Assembly (NCBI GenBank): GCA_022729235.1
Contig: JALDAJ010000001.1
Span: 608,001 to 672,000 of the forward strand
Direction of reading: 5' to 3'
DNA from: Candidatus Nanohalarchaeota archaeon
Lineage (GTDB): Archaea; Nanohalarchaeota; Nanosalinia; Nanosalinales; Nanosalinaceae
Length of the DNA stretch: 64,000 nucleotides
The notes beneath the pieces were generated by a model that saw only the letters and a program-made list of their open reading frames with translations, searched no databases and was not told where the DNA came from. Below, piece by piece: positions 1-9,112 of this stretch. The first letter of the stretch is position 1. Each line of letters begins with the position of its first letter. The position numbers were made by a program, and so were the translations under genes.

Positions 1-80
1 GATCATAAATGTGCGGTAGTTTTTATTTTTATGTTGGATTACAGGTTATCCACAAAAATCTTGTTAGCCATCGGAGTATC

Positions 81-2000
81 ATGTGCGGCATATCTGGCGG
101 AGAAAACGCGGAAGAACTGTTACGGAATCTCGAACATAGGGGTGATTCCTCAAGTGTCAGGGAGGGAGAGATAGACCTAGGTCACGTTCTGCACTCGGTT
201 GTTGGTAATGTTGAGCAGCCGCTGGAGGGAGAGGGTGTTCTCGCCGCGAACTGTGAGATCTACAACTGGGAAGGGCTCGCGAGACAGCTCGGAACGGATG
301 CCGAGAACGATGCAGAACTCCTGCTTTCACTTCTTGACAGGGAAGGTCTCGACGCGCTGGAACTTCTTGACGGGGTCTACGCGTTCGCCTACTATAATAA
401 TGGAGAGCTCGTGCTCGCACGCGACCTACTTGGAGTAAAACCTCTGTGGTACTCCCGCGAGCCGTTCGCTTTCGCCTCGGAGAAACAGGCGCTGGAGAAA
501 GAAGGACTGGAGGCGAAGGAGCTGCATCCCCGACGGGTTCTGAAGTATGATACTGAGACAGACAGCATCGAGTTCGAGCAGAGAGAATTCTTCGAGATCC
601 CGAAGAACTCAGAGAGAGATATCGATCAGGTAGCGGAGGAGGTCAAGGAGCTGTTCCTGAAAGCTGTTGAGAAGCGTGTTCCTGAAGGCGACCTCGCACT
701 GCTGTTTTCGGGGGGCGTCGACTCGACCATGGTGGCTACTGCGTTACAGGAACTTGGAGAGGACTTCACGTGCTACACCGCGGGTATCCAGCACGGAAAC
801 GTTAACGCACCGAGGGATATGGAGTGGGCGGAAAAAGTCGCCGAAGATATGGGTCTTGAACTTGAGTCGTACGAGGCATCGCTTGCGGAGGTCGAGGAAA
901 CACTTCCTGAGGTAGTTGACTGGATATCTTCTACTAGCGTCGTAAAGACAGGGGTCGCGTTACCGTTTCACTACGCGCTACAGGGAGATGAGAAGGTCGT
1001 GATGAGCGGGCTGGGTTCCGAACAGCTCTATGCAGGTTATTCGCGTATGAAGGAGGGCTACCTGAACCAGGAATGCTTGTCCGGTCTCCGCTCACTCTTC
1101 CACCGCGACCTTTACAGGGATGACGTGGTGGCTATGAGGAACGGTTATGAGCTGAGACTTCCGTTTTTAGATCATGATTTAATTGAGCATGCGTTGTCAA
1201 TTCCGGGAGACCAGAAAGTTAGTGATGATTACAAAAAATATGTGCTCAGGAAGGCAGCGGAAAAACTGGGTGTTCCCGAGGAAGTAGCTTGGCGTGGAAA
1301 AACTGCGGCGCAATACGGCAGTAACTTCGACAAGGCTATAGCTAGGCTGGCGAGGGATAACGGCTTCGACCACAAACAGGGGTACATCAACTCTTTCAGA
1401 GACCGACCTAACAATAAAATCGCAGCTCTCACTTCAGGCGGTAAGGATTCTAACGCCGCACTCTATAGGATAAACCGTAGGAACAACGAGATCGCGTGCC
1501 TGGTCAACCTGCAGTCTGAGAACAGGGACAGCTACATGTTCGATTCCAAAGAGATGAGCATAGTTGAAGAGCAGGCTGAACAGCTCGGCATACCGCTGAT
1601 AGTCCAGGAAACAGAAGGTGAGAAGGAGAAAGAGTTAGGAGATTTGAAGAAGGGATTACAGAGAGCGGTTGAAGAGTACGGTATTGAAGGAGTTGTTGCT
1701 GGCGCTATCGCTTCCACTTACCAGCGTGACCGCGTGGAAAATGTCGCGGAAGAGCTAGGTCTTAAGGTATTTGCGCCGCTGTGGATGGAGGACCAGGAGC
1801 GCTATATGCGGTGGCTGGTAAGAGAGGGCTTCGAGGTCGAGATCACTGAGGTCGCGGCTAGAGGTCTAGAGGAGCGCTGGATAGGTAAAGTACTGGATGA
1901 AGAGTCGGTAGAGGAGCTTATCGATCTATCGCAGGAGTACGGTTTCAATGTTGCCGGTGAAGGCGGTGAGTACGAGACACGGGTACTGGAGTTTCCCTAG
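81..2000 (+). CDS. Fusion of asparagine synthase-like protein (class II GATase + Asn synthase domain) with a C-terminal diphthine-ammonia ligase (Dph6/DUF71) domain
   Basis: Start taken at ATG 81, giving MCGI with the N-terminal Cys nucleophile. AsnB motifs NCEIYN, RDxxGVKPL, FSGGVDS, SGLGSEQLYAGY and RLPFLD. C-terminal SGGKDS, GAIASTYQ and GEGGEYET match Dph6. Confidence 0.85.
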   Translation: MCGISGGENAEELLRNLEHRGDSSSVREGEIDLGHVLHSVVGNVEQPLEGEGVLAANCEIYNWEGLARQLGTDAENDAELLLSLLDREGLDALELLDGVYAFAYYNNGELVLARDLLGVKPLWYSREPFAFASEKQALEKEGLEAKELHPRRVLKYDTETDSIEFEQREFFEIPKNSERDIDQVAEEVKELFLKAVEKRVPEGDLALLFSGGVDSTMVATALQELGEDFTCYTAGIQHGNVNAPRDMEWAEKVAEDMGLELESYEASLAEVEETLPEVVDWISSTSVVKTGVALPFHYALQGDEKVVMSGLGSEQLYAGYSRMKEGYLNQECLSGLRSLFHRDLYRDDVVAMRNGYELRLPFLDHDLIEHALSIPGDQKVSDDYKKYVLRKAAEKLGVPEEVAWRGKTAAQYGSNFDKAIARLARDNGFDHKQGYINSFRDRPNNKIAALTSGGKDSNAALYRINRRNNEIACLVNLQSENRDSYMFDSKEMSIVEEQAEQLGIPLIVQETEGEKEKELGDLKKGLQRAVEEYGIEGVVAGAIASTYQRDRVENVAEELGLKVFAPLWMEDQERYMRWLVREGFEVEITEVAARGLEERWIGKVLDEESVEELIDLSQEYGFNVAGEGGEYETRVLEFP

Positions 2001-2305
2001 TCTCTCTTCAGTTCCTCTGCTATCTGCTTAGTGCTGTTATTCAAGCAGTAGATATCTTTTGACCTAACAGTCGGTCTCTTTAGCTTAATCAAACCTATCT
2101 GTTCGGCAGTATTCAACCAAGATCGGAATACTTCTTCTGTAACTCCGGGACCGACTTTCTCGTAGAGCTCTTGAGGCGTAAGTTCTTCGTTATGGAGCTG
2201 GATAAGGGTCTCATCTCTCCAGTTTCGCTCATTATCTCTGTTGAGGGTTTTATCGGAGCTCTTTTTCCGGTATAGAAAGTTCTTCAAGGTTCTGAGGGAG
2301 GACAT
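1997..2305 (-). CDS. Small winged-helix-like hypothetical protein
   Basis: 102 aa, pattern LTPQELYE...FRSWLNTAEQIGLI...IYCL. TTTAAA box about 30 nt upstream. Confidence 0.55.
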   Translation of the reverse strand: MSSLRTLKNFLYRKKSSDKTLNRDNERNWRDETLIQLHNEELTPQELYEKVGPGVTEEVFRSWLNTAEQIGLIKLKRPTVRSKDIYCLNNSTKQIAEELKRD

Positions 2306-2428
2306 AATAAATTCGGACGAGACCTAGGTGCTTTAAATCCTCTACAGAGAAAAGTATAGGTTCAGATGAATAGGAAAAAGGTAAAGCGTGTAAGTTGTGG
2401 AGTACGAGACATGGTGTAAGGTTTCTTC

Positions 2429-2812
2429 TCAAGAGTAAATACTCTGCGTTTCGAGTACTTTTCTCAGGTCCCCGGGCAAAGAATAGTATACATCGATGTC
2501 AGGGTTTTTGCCTGTTTTTTGTTTCTCCAGGTAGTCTAACTTTTCTTCCCTGTTAAGCCGGCTTCTGAAATGGTTCATACTTGGAGAGTCTCTATCCCCG
2601 ATAGTTTCGTTATATAGCTCTTTTGCTTCGGTTTCTCCATTTTCGTAAAGGTGATCTATAACCTCTCGGAGCCAGCCCCCTTCTACGTGCTCAAGATACG
2701 CTATCAGTTCTTCCTCCCGTGGATTTTCTTCTTTATTCTCGCTTTCCGCGTCTGGTTTTCCACTGTTTTCTCCGTTTAGCAAATGTTTTACTTTCCTAAA
2801 ACCTTCTAACAT
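2429..2812 (-). CDS. Small winged-helix-like hypothetical protein
   Basis: 127 aa, pattern EAKELYNE...FRSRLNREEKLDYL...YYSL, similar to the neighbouring ORF. TTTAAA box upstream. Confidence 0.55.
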   Translation of the reverse strand: MLEGFRKVKHLLNGENSGKPDAESENKEENPREEELIAYLEHVEGGWLREVIDHLYENGETEAKELYNETIGDRDSPSMNHFRSRLNREEKLDYLEKQKTGKNPDIDVYYSLPGDLRKVLETQSIYS

Positions 2813-2881
2813 GAGGAAGAGATTCTATTAACGGTTTAAACCTACTATTACAGCCTTCTGTAAGAAGAGATGTAAAGAAGG

Positions 2882-4240
2882 TCAGGACAGCATCCTGTCC
2901 TGGTACTCTTCTAGATGCTTCGAGGACTGGTTAACGTCTATGAAGTGTTCTCTTGCCTTCTCAACGTGTTCTTTTGTAATTACTTCTTCACCTTGTTGCT
3001 CGGCTATGTCGTTTGCCGGTGCGATGAGGTGTGATGCGTACCTGAGGGAGGATTCGTCGCCGATCTCTGCTAATGCGTCAAGCGCTTCATCTTCAAACTC
3101 TATGTCCTCGTTCTCAGCTCTGATCTCTACGATCTCCCTGATTTCCTCTTCCCTGTATGGTTCTGTCTCAATGATCAGTAATCGGTCAAGTAGGTCGAGC
3201 GGTAGTCCGTGAGGTGATTCTATGTCTGTGCCTCTGATCTTGGTCTCTCCGCGGTTGGAAGCCATTACGATGATAGGTGAGAACTCGCGCTCCATCGCCC
3301 GGTTCAGGAATGATAGTGCCTCGATGTCCAGCATGTGGACTTCGTCGATGAAGAGTACTCCTGGCATTAGTTCTCCTTTTCCTTTCTCGATCATTTCCTT
3401 GACTTGTTCGTTGACCGCGTTCCTGATATCTTCATCGATTCCTGAGTCTCCTGCACCCAACATAGCTGCGAGTCCGCCACCACTTCTCTGGGCATTAACT
3501 TTGTCCATGTGGTGGAGAGTTAGGGTGTGGGTGAACTCTTTTTCCTGCTGCACGTGTCCAGTGGGTGTTGGAACTAGGTCTGCAACTGAGGCGTCTGCGG
3601 TGTCCTCCCAGTCTTCTTTCGCTTTACCAAGTCTCTGCACTTGACCTGATTCGGAGTCGATCCTGATAACGTCGCCCCTTGTGATGTTCTCCTGCTGTAG
3701 CTGTTGCGCCACTCTCCTACCAAGCCTCAGGTTGCGTGAGTCGTCCTGTGTCTCCAGGGTTACGGAGGCTTCCATGGCTCCTCCCTGAGCCATCGGGTTC
3801 ATGCCCTGTCCCTGTTCGATATCGATGTCCACGACCTTACCTTCGTAGACTTCACGTTCTTCCTGTATCTTCACTCCTAGCGCACGCCGGAACTTCTCTT
3901 TTAGCACCTCGTTCTTGTCCTTGTCAGCGGAGAATATCTCGGAACCGGTCAGCTGGACGAAGGGGATGTCCTGCCCGAGTTCGTTCGCCATTCCAACTGC
4001 TAGAGCCGTTTTACCGGTTCCTGGAGGTCCTGAGAACAGGACTGCACGACCCGCCAGTTTTCCCTTCTTCGCGAGGTTGACCACGTGTCCTGTGGATTCC
4101 CTCGCCTTCTGCTGACCGACCAGTCCGTCACCGGTTTTAGATGCTTCACCGTTTTCATCGATTCCCAGACCCCTGATATGAGAGTGAGAACCGATTCTTT
4201 CGAAATCAACTTCTTCTGATACCTCTTCTATCTGAACCAT
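2882..4240 (-). CDS. TIP49/RuvB-like AAA+ ATPase (RUVBL1/2 homolog)
   Basis: HSHIRGLG, GPPGTGKT, GVLFIDEVHMLD, SPHGLPLDLLDRL, SLRYA. Confidence 0.95.
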   Translation of the reverse strand: MVQIEEVSEEVDFERIGSHSHIRGLGIDENGEASKTGDGLVGQQKARESTGHVVNLAKKGKLAGRAVLFSGPPGTGKTALAVGMANELGQDIPFVQLTGSEIFSADKDKNEVLKEKFRRALGVKIQEEREVYEGKVVDIDIEQGQGMNPMAQGGAMEASVTLETQDDSRNLRLGRRVAQQLQQENITRGDVIRIDSESGQVQRLGKAKEDWEDTADASVADLVPTPTGHVQQEKEFTHTLTLHHMDKVNAQRSGGGLAAMLGAGDSGIDEDIRNAVNEQVKEMIEKGKGELMPGVLFIDEVHMLDIEALSFLNRAMEREFSPIIVMASNRGETKIRGTDIESPHGLPLDLLDRLLIIETEPYREEEIREIVEIRAENEDIEFEDEALDALAEIGDESSLRYASHLIAPANDIAEQQGEEVITKEHVEKAREHFIDVNQSSKHLEEYQDRMLS

Positions 4241-4332
4241 TTTGTATCGCCTCGAATTCGGAAGATAGAATTTAGATTTAAATATAGGATGGAATACGGA
4301 GTTGTATCGACAACGAAGTCTAGGAGGGATGT

Positions 4333-4800
4333 TTATCCTTCTCCGGGACGCCTATCATATTTTTCTAGACTGTCATCAGGAGGGAGGTATTCATCAAAAT
4401 CTTCTAGCCTGACTTCTACCATGTCCCAGCGGTCTTCATCGCTCTCAATATCCTCTTCAAACACGGTCTCTCCAAAACCGGTTATTCGGTAATACTTTGC
4501 TGTAAAGTTTCCTCTTGTTGATTCAGCGAGACCTTTATTTTCGAGTCTCTTGAAAACAAGACTGTAAGAGCTTTCCGATTGATCTGTTAACCTGTCTAGT
4601 TCAGGCGACATGTGTAGTGGTCTTCTCTTTTCTGAACCTGCTGGAGGGCTGTTCTCGTGTTTTTCAAGGTAGTATAGAAACGCGAGAGCGTTATGGGCAA
4701 CTGGCTTCTCTCCTAGATAGGTTAAAGCCTCCTCTAAAAGGTCTTCATTGTTCTCTTCGGGCTCCAGAAAGTGTCTTAAGTAACTCTTGATTCCGAACAT
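4333..4800 (-). CDS. Winged-helix-like hypothetical protein
   Basis: SLVFKRLENKGLAES...KYYRITGFG resembles a PadR/MarR-like wing. Confidence 0.55.
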   Translation of the reverse strand: MFGIKSYLRHFLEPEENNEDLLEEALTYLGEKPVAHNALAFLYYLEKHENSPPAGSEKRRPLHMSPELDRLTDQSESSYSLVFKRLENKGLAESTRGNFTAKYYRITGFGETVFEEDIESDEDRWDMVEVRLEDFDEYLPPDDSLEKYDRRPGEG

Positions 4801-4911
4801 AGGATGTTCTAAAGCTCTTCAGATAAAAGCAAAACTGGGATTCGGTGGATGAAAGGATGTGTCTGGCAGGATTTGAAGTCGAAAACAAGTGTAGAACTTT
4901 TTAAGTCGTTA

Positions 4912-5268
4912 TCAGAACCGGATGCTTTTCCTGAGTCCTGCCTTTGCGGGGTCAGGTTCTACTAGCTGGTAGGCGTGGTCCTGGATTTCGGCGAATTTTC
5001 CGCACTGCGGACATCGCTGGTACCCGGAGTGGTCGCCTCCAACTGTTTGCTGGTGACCGCAGCTCCCACAGGACATCAGTGTTTTTAGGTGTTCTACGTC
5101 AAGGTCGATGCGTTCCAGTATGGTGCCGCGGGCGAAGTGGTTGAAAAGTGATTCAAAGGTATCGGGGTCGCACAGGTTCTGGTTGATTCTAACTCTAGCT
5201 GATCCGTTGGTAGAAATGCGGGAGAGATCCTGCATGACTCCGATTACCACGTCGCCTACTTTGTCCAT
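4912..5268 (-). CDS. HypA/HybF-like zinc-ribbon protein
   Basis: CDPDTFESLF...GTILE, then CGSCG...CPQCG. The N-terminal MHE motif is absent. Confidence 0.6.
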   Translation of the reverse strand: MDKVGDVVIGVMQDLSRISTNGSARVRINQNLCDPDTFESLFNHFARGTILERIDLDVEHLKTLMSCGSCGHQQTVGGDHSGYQRCPQCGKFAEIQDHAYQLVEPDPAKAGLRKSIRF

Positions 5269-5372
5269 TAACTAACCCTCTTGGTATTCCCTTTCCCCCT
5301 AAGGATGCACTTCCTCACAACCTTTATTTAAGTTAACGGCTCCGGATATCGACGCCGGTTCTCCCGCTTTTT

Positions 5373-5798
5373 TTACGGCAGGACTGGTTCGAGGTATTCC
5401 CTGTTTTTCTTGATATACATCGCCGCGATTGATACCGTGATTATGGCGGAATTTGCTTCAAGGCTGTATGCGGACACCAGTGAAAGAGAGAACTGATGTC
5501 CTAGAGGGAAGAGTAATGGGATGCTGGAGTATGTGAGAATGTCAAGGAACAGGTGCGAGCTATAGCCCAGGAAGCAGCTCTCAGCTGATACTCTATCTTC
5601 TGTATAGGTGTATACTAGTAGGGTGAAAACAGATGCGGCGAATATAGAATGCATTATACCGTGGTATGTAAACGGGTAAGTGTGGTTGAGGAGGAAGTCA
5701 AAACTCGGGACTAGAGCAAAAATTACTGCTGTAACAAGTCTTTTATCAAGTATGTAGGCTAGAGACAGGGCGAAAACGGCATATGTTAAAGATATCAT
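5373..5798 (-). CDS. Membrane metal-dependent hydrolase (YdjM-like)
   Basis: Hydrophobic, with PSFD, HGIMHS, SHLFLD and PLLFP motifs. Confidence 0.7.
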   Translation of the reverse strand: MISLTYAVFALSLAYILDKRLVTAVIFALVPSFDFLLNHTYPFTYHGIMHSIFAASVFTLLVYTYTEDRVSAESCFLGYSSHLFLDILTYSSIPLLFPLGHQFSLSLVSAYSLEANSAIITVSIAAMYIKKNREYLEPVLP

Positions 5799-5801
5799 GG
5801 T

Positions 5802-6866
5802 CTAAAAAGTATAGGTGCCGGGTAATTCAAATATATCCTCCATGCCTCTTCTTTCCTGTTCGCGCCTTATTCTAGCAAGTTCTGCTGCGCCGTATACACC
5901 CGTATCATACTCATTTTTGGCTGTCTTTATCTCTGGTATGAAGAGGGCGTAACCTCCGAGGTGCTCTTTTGCGAGGTCAAGAAGATATGGTTGTTCTAGG
6001 ATGACGGTTCCTCCTGTGGTCAGAAGATTTTCTTCTTCATCGTTTTCCAGAAATAAGTTTATCATGTTTCCGTAGCCGGAGGCATTTATATGTGAAAGCA
6101 CATCTTCAGTGAATTCTTCCACTACTGGCTCTCCCTGATGGTAATGTTCAAAGATGTTGGCCGTGGTGAATTCTCCATCTATCACATATTCTGGATCTTT
6201 GTCTTTGTGTTCACAGTATTTCCGGAAGAATGGCGGTATATTTTGGCCCGATGCGTAGGCCTCCCAGACGTTTCTCTTATCAAAGGTCTCCATACGGAGG
6301 CCTATTTGGGGGTTAACCTGACAATAGCCTAGCTCTGCGCCGCTAGATATTCTATTTCCCTTTATGACTCCGCCGCCGATACCCGTTCCGTGAACAACGT
6401 GAACTAGGTTATCGTAATTTCCTTCTTTCCCGTGTCCATGGGATATTTCACCTATGGCTGCGGTAATGCCGTCGTTCTCAAGGAAGAGAGGGACTCCATC
6501 AACTTCTTTTTCAAGTTCGAGGTCAGGGCTATTCGCTGCTGTCTCAACTGTCCTGTTTTCCCGGGCTTCCTGGTTTAGCGGTCCGGGGCAGCCAATGCCT
6601 ATGCCAGAGAGCTGGTCAGGACCTATATCTTTCTCCTGTGAATATTTCCTAAACGCACTCACTACTGAATCTGATGCTGACTCTGGGCCTGCTACTAATT
6701 CTTCTGTGAGATATTCTCGCGAATCCGGGACAAGTTCTCCTTTAGGTCTCAGGATCCCGAATCTACATGTAGTCCCGCCGAAGTCGATTCCTCCAAAAAA
6801 GTAGCCCTCTGCTTCTGAAGGAGGAGAACCGCGTTTCTGGTTTGTTGTGGTAGAGCTGACTCTCAT
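5802..6866 (-). CDS. ROK family sugar kinase (glucokinase-like)
   Basis: GIDFGGT, GIGCPGPL, LENDG, GTGIGGG, EAYASG, GVYGAA. Confidence 0.85.
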   Translation of the reverse strand: MRVSSTTTNQKRGSPPSEAEGYFFGGIDFGGTTCRFGILRPKGELVPDSREYLTEELVAGPESASDSVVSAFRKYSQEKDIGPDQLSGIGIGCPGPLNQEARENRTVETAANSPDLELEKEVDGVPLFLENDGITAAIGEISHGHGKEGNYDNLVHVVHGTGIGGGVIKGNRISSGAELGYCQVNPQIGLRMETFDKRNVWEAYASGQNIPPFFRKYCEHKDKDPEYVIDGEFTTANIFEHYHQGEPVVEEFTEDVLSHINASGYGNMINLFLENDEEENLLTTGGTVILEQPYLLDLAKEHLGGYALFIPEIKTAKNEYDTGVYGAAELARIRREQERRGMEDIFELPGTYTF

Positions 6867-6997
6867 TTAACCTCATTAACAGATGTGTCGAGGAGCATAT
6901 TTCAACAAATATGTGATGTAGGACATGTATCTAGTCTTTTCAGTAATTTCTATACCATGTAGAGAAAAGCGGACAGCGCTGAAAGACTAATTTGAGA

Positions 6998-7072
6998 TAG
7001 CGGGGCGTGGATTTGAACCACGGGCCTCCGGGTTATGAGCCCGACGAGCACTCCTGGCTGCTCTACCCCGCT
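6998..7072 (-). tRNA. Initiator tRNA-Met (CAT)
   Basis: Reverse complement AGCGGGG...CGGGCTCATAACCCG...GGTTCAAATCC...CCCCGCTA, with an A1-U72 pair and three G-C pairs in the anticodon stem. Confidence 0.95.
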
Positions 7073-7161
7073 AAGCTAGTATAGTTTGAAGGGTATGTCA
7101 GTTTTTTAAACCATCTTGATTCGGGCATAAGGATATTATTATCAATGGTTGATTCTAAGGT

Positions 7162-7821
7162 ATGAAGGTTCTAGGAGTTGACGAGGCAGGTAGAGGTCCG
7201 GCGATAGGTTCGATGTTCGTCGGGGGTTTTCTTGTGGAGGAAGAAGATATAGAGAGGTTGGAAGAGCTCGGTGTCAAGGATTCGAAGAAGCTCTCTGACA
7301 GGAAAAGAGAGTCGATTCGCGAAGAATTGGGTGACGTTGGCGACTTCTCTATGCGAGAGGTTACTGCCTCGGAGATTGATGAGCTCCGCGAGGTTATGAA
7401 CCTGAACGAGATAGAGATCAAGGCGTTCGTCGATGTCATATCCAGAACAGATCCAGACAAGGTGATAGTTGATCTTCCGGAGCCGGATGGAGACCGTTTC
7501 ATCAGGAAACTGAAGTCGGAACTACCTTCGGACTTTCAAGACGTGGAGTTCGTGGCGGAGCACGGCGCGGACGACGAGTATCCTGTGGTTTCAGCCGCGT
7601 CGATAGTGGCGAAGAGCGCCCGGGAGGAGCACGTTGAGGAACTGAAGCAGAAGTATGGCTTCGACTTCAAGTCAGGTTACGCGCACGACGAGGAGGTCTC
7701 GCAATTTCTGAGAAAGTACCTGGAAGAGTTTGGAGAACTACCTCCAGAAGCAAGAGAGTCCTGGAAGACCTGTCAGCGCATAGTCAAGGAGTCAGAGCAG
7801 AGGGATCTGGATGAGTTCTGA
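7162..7821 (+). CDS. rnhB: Ribonuclease HII
   Basis: GVDEAGRGP, VKDSKKL, VSAASIVAK, SGY. Confidence 0.95.
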   Translation: MKVLGVDEAGRGPAIGSMFVGGFLVEEEDIERLEELGVKDSKKLSDRKRESIREELGDVGDFSMREVTASEIDELREVMNLNEIEIKAFVDVISRTDPDKVIVDLPEPDGDRFIRKLKSELPSDFQDVEFVAEHGADDEYPVVSAASIVAKSAREEHVEELKQKYGFDFKSGYAHDEEVSQFLRKYLEEFGELPPEARESWKTCQRIVKESEQRDLDEF

Positions 7822-7862
7822 GAGGCTCACAAATATATATTTTATTACTAGTAAATAGTTAC

Positions 7863-8531
7863 ATGTCTCAGGTCGTCGAGAAAGGTAACTTATGCTCCCA
7901 GCTTGAACCACGGGAGACTACTGTAGAGGAGTTGTTCGAGTCTATACAGGATGATCCTGTGGCGAGTGAGAGGGACTTTGTCGAGCTGTTTTACGACCGT
8001 AGTTATTCACCTCCCGAAGAAGGTATTCTTGATGAGAAGGGTTATGACTTTGATGATAATGAAAAAGTGGTATATATCTCTCCAGAACACGTTTCAGAAG
8101 GGGTAGGTAAGAGTCCAATGGCGATACTCACCTTCCTGAGAGATAGGGAGCCTGTGCCGTATACCCCGAAGTGGTTCGGTTACAGTCGTGTTGACACAGA
8201 AAAGGACGATGAGGAACTATCCGCAGACTATCACGCGGCATGTAGAGGAAAGAAATACGGTCCACTGGTACCTCTTGCAGGACTGTCGCTTGCGGGCGGA
8301 CCTTCCGAAAGCGCGGTCTTCTATGAACTCCTGAACACGGAACTGATCAGGAAGACCATGCTTGGAATAGGCGCACTGGTTGCCGTTGGAGGTATCATAG
8401 GGTGGCGGTATGAATCTGGGCGTTGCGATGCACTGGAGCCGGAGATGTACAAGAGGAGAGCCGAAGAACTTGTCAACCGCTTCGGAGACTACGGGATAGA
8501 TGAACGGGAACTTAGCCTGGACGAGTTCTAG
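7863..8531 (+). CDS. Hypothetical membrane protein
   Basis: 222 aa acidic ORF with C-terminal hydrophobic segments and an AT-rich promoter upstream. Confidence 0.6.
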   Translation: MSQVVEKGNLCSQLEPRETTVEELFESIQDDPVASERDFVELFYDRSYSPPEEGILDEKGYDFDDNEKVVYISPEHVSEGVGKSPMAILTFLRDREPVPYTPKWFGYSRVDTEKDDEELSADYHAACRGKKYGPLVPLAGLSLAGGPSESAVFYELLNTELIRKTMLGIGALVAVGGIIGWRYESGRCDALEPEMYKRRAEELVNRFGDYGIDERELSLDEF

Positions 8532-8566
8532 CCAAGTTTAAAAGCTTCATACTGCTTTCTCTTGAT

Positions 8567-9112
8567 ATGATAACAGGAAAACTTGCAGAGTCCCGCGTAA
8601 GAATCGTTGACGAGGAGGATGCGGAAGAAGTTCATGATGAGTACTACTACGGAAAGTTTCAGGACGAGGAGGAAACAGTTCTTGAGCTTTCGCTTGTTGA
8701 GGCGCTGCACCTGGTTGACCGTGACGTGATAGAGGTAGAAGATAGTGGAGAAACTCTCTCACGTGAGACTCTCTACGATCACTGCATCGAAGTTGACGAC
8801 GAGTTCGACCAGAAATACAAGGTGTACGACGATTTAAGGGATAGAGGCTACATCGTGAAGAGCGGTTTCAAGTTCGGTGCGCACTTCCGCGTCTACCCTG
8901 AGGGTGTGAACCCGTATAAGGAAGGACCGAAGAGTCAGAGAGAACACACACAGTGGGTGGTACACGCTGTTCCCGAGGACTACACGCTCAGTTTCCAGGA
9001 GATGTCCCGTGCAGTAAGGCTGGCGCACAACATCCGCGCCACCATGTTATGGGGTATCGTCGACTCGGAAGGCGGAGTCACGTACTACGAAGTCGAAAGA
9101 GCTACTCCTTAG
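8567..9112 (+). CDS. endA: tRNA-intron endonuclease (single-unit, about 180 aa)
   Basis: LSLVEALHL, VYDDLRDRGYIVKSGFKFGAHFRVY, VRLAH, VDSEGGVTYY. Confidence 0.92.
   Translation: MITGKLAESRVRIVDEEDAEEVHDEYYYGKFQDEEETVLELSLVEALHLVDRDVIEVEDSGETLSRETLYDHCIEVDDEFDQKYKVYDDLRDRGYIVKSGFKFGAHFRVYPEGVNPYKEGPKSQREHTQWVVHAVPEDYTLSFQEMSRAVRLAHNIRATMLWGIVDSEGGVTYYEVERATP

Noticed and set aside
9-80. N-terminal extension MCGSFYF... of the first ORF, superficially like a frameshift cassette (GGT AGT TTT TAT)
   Set aside because: Class II GATases need Cys at the N-terminus, which fits ATG 81. The GGNGG element is incomplete and no coupled +1 stop is evident. Upstream context is cut off by the window edge.
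4849-4965. Short ORF MKGCVW... resembling GGCFW
   Set aside because: No TTT slippery codon, no downstream coupled gene, and it runs antisense into the HypA-like gene.
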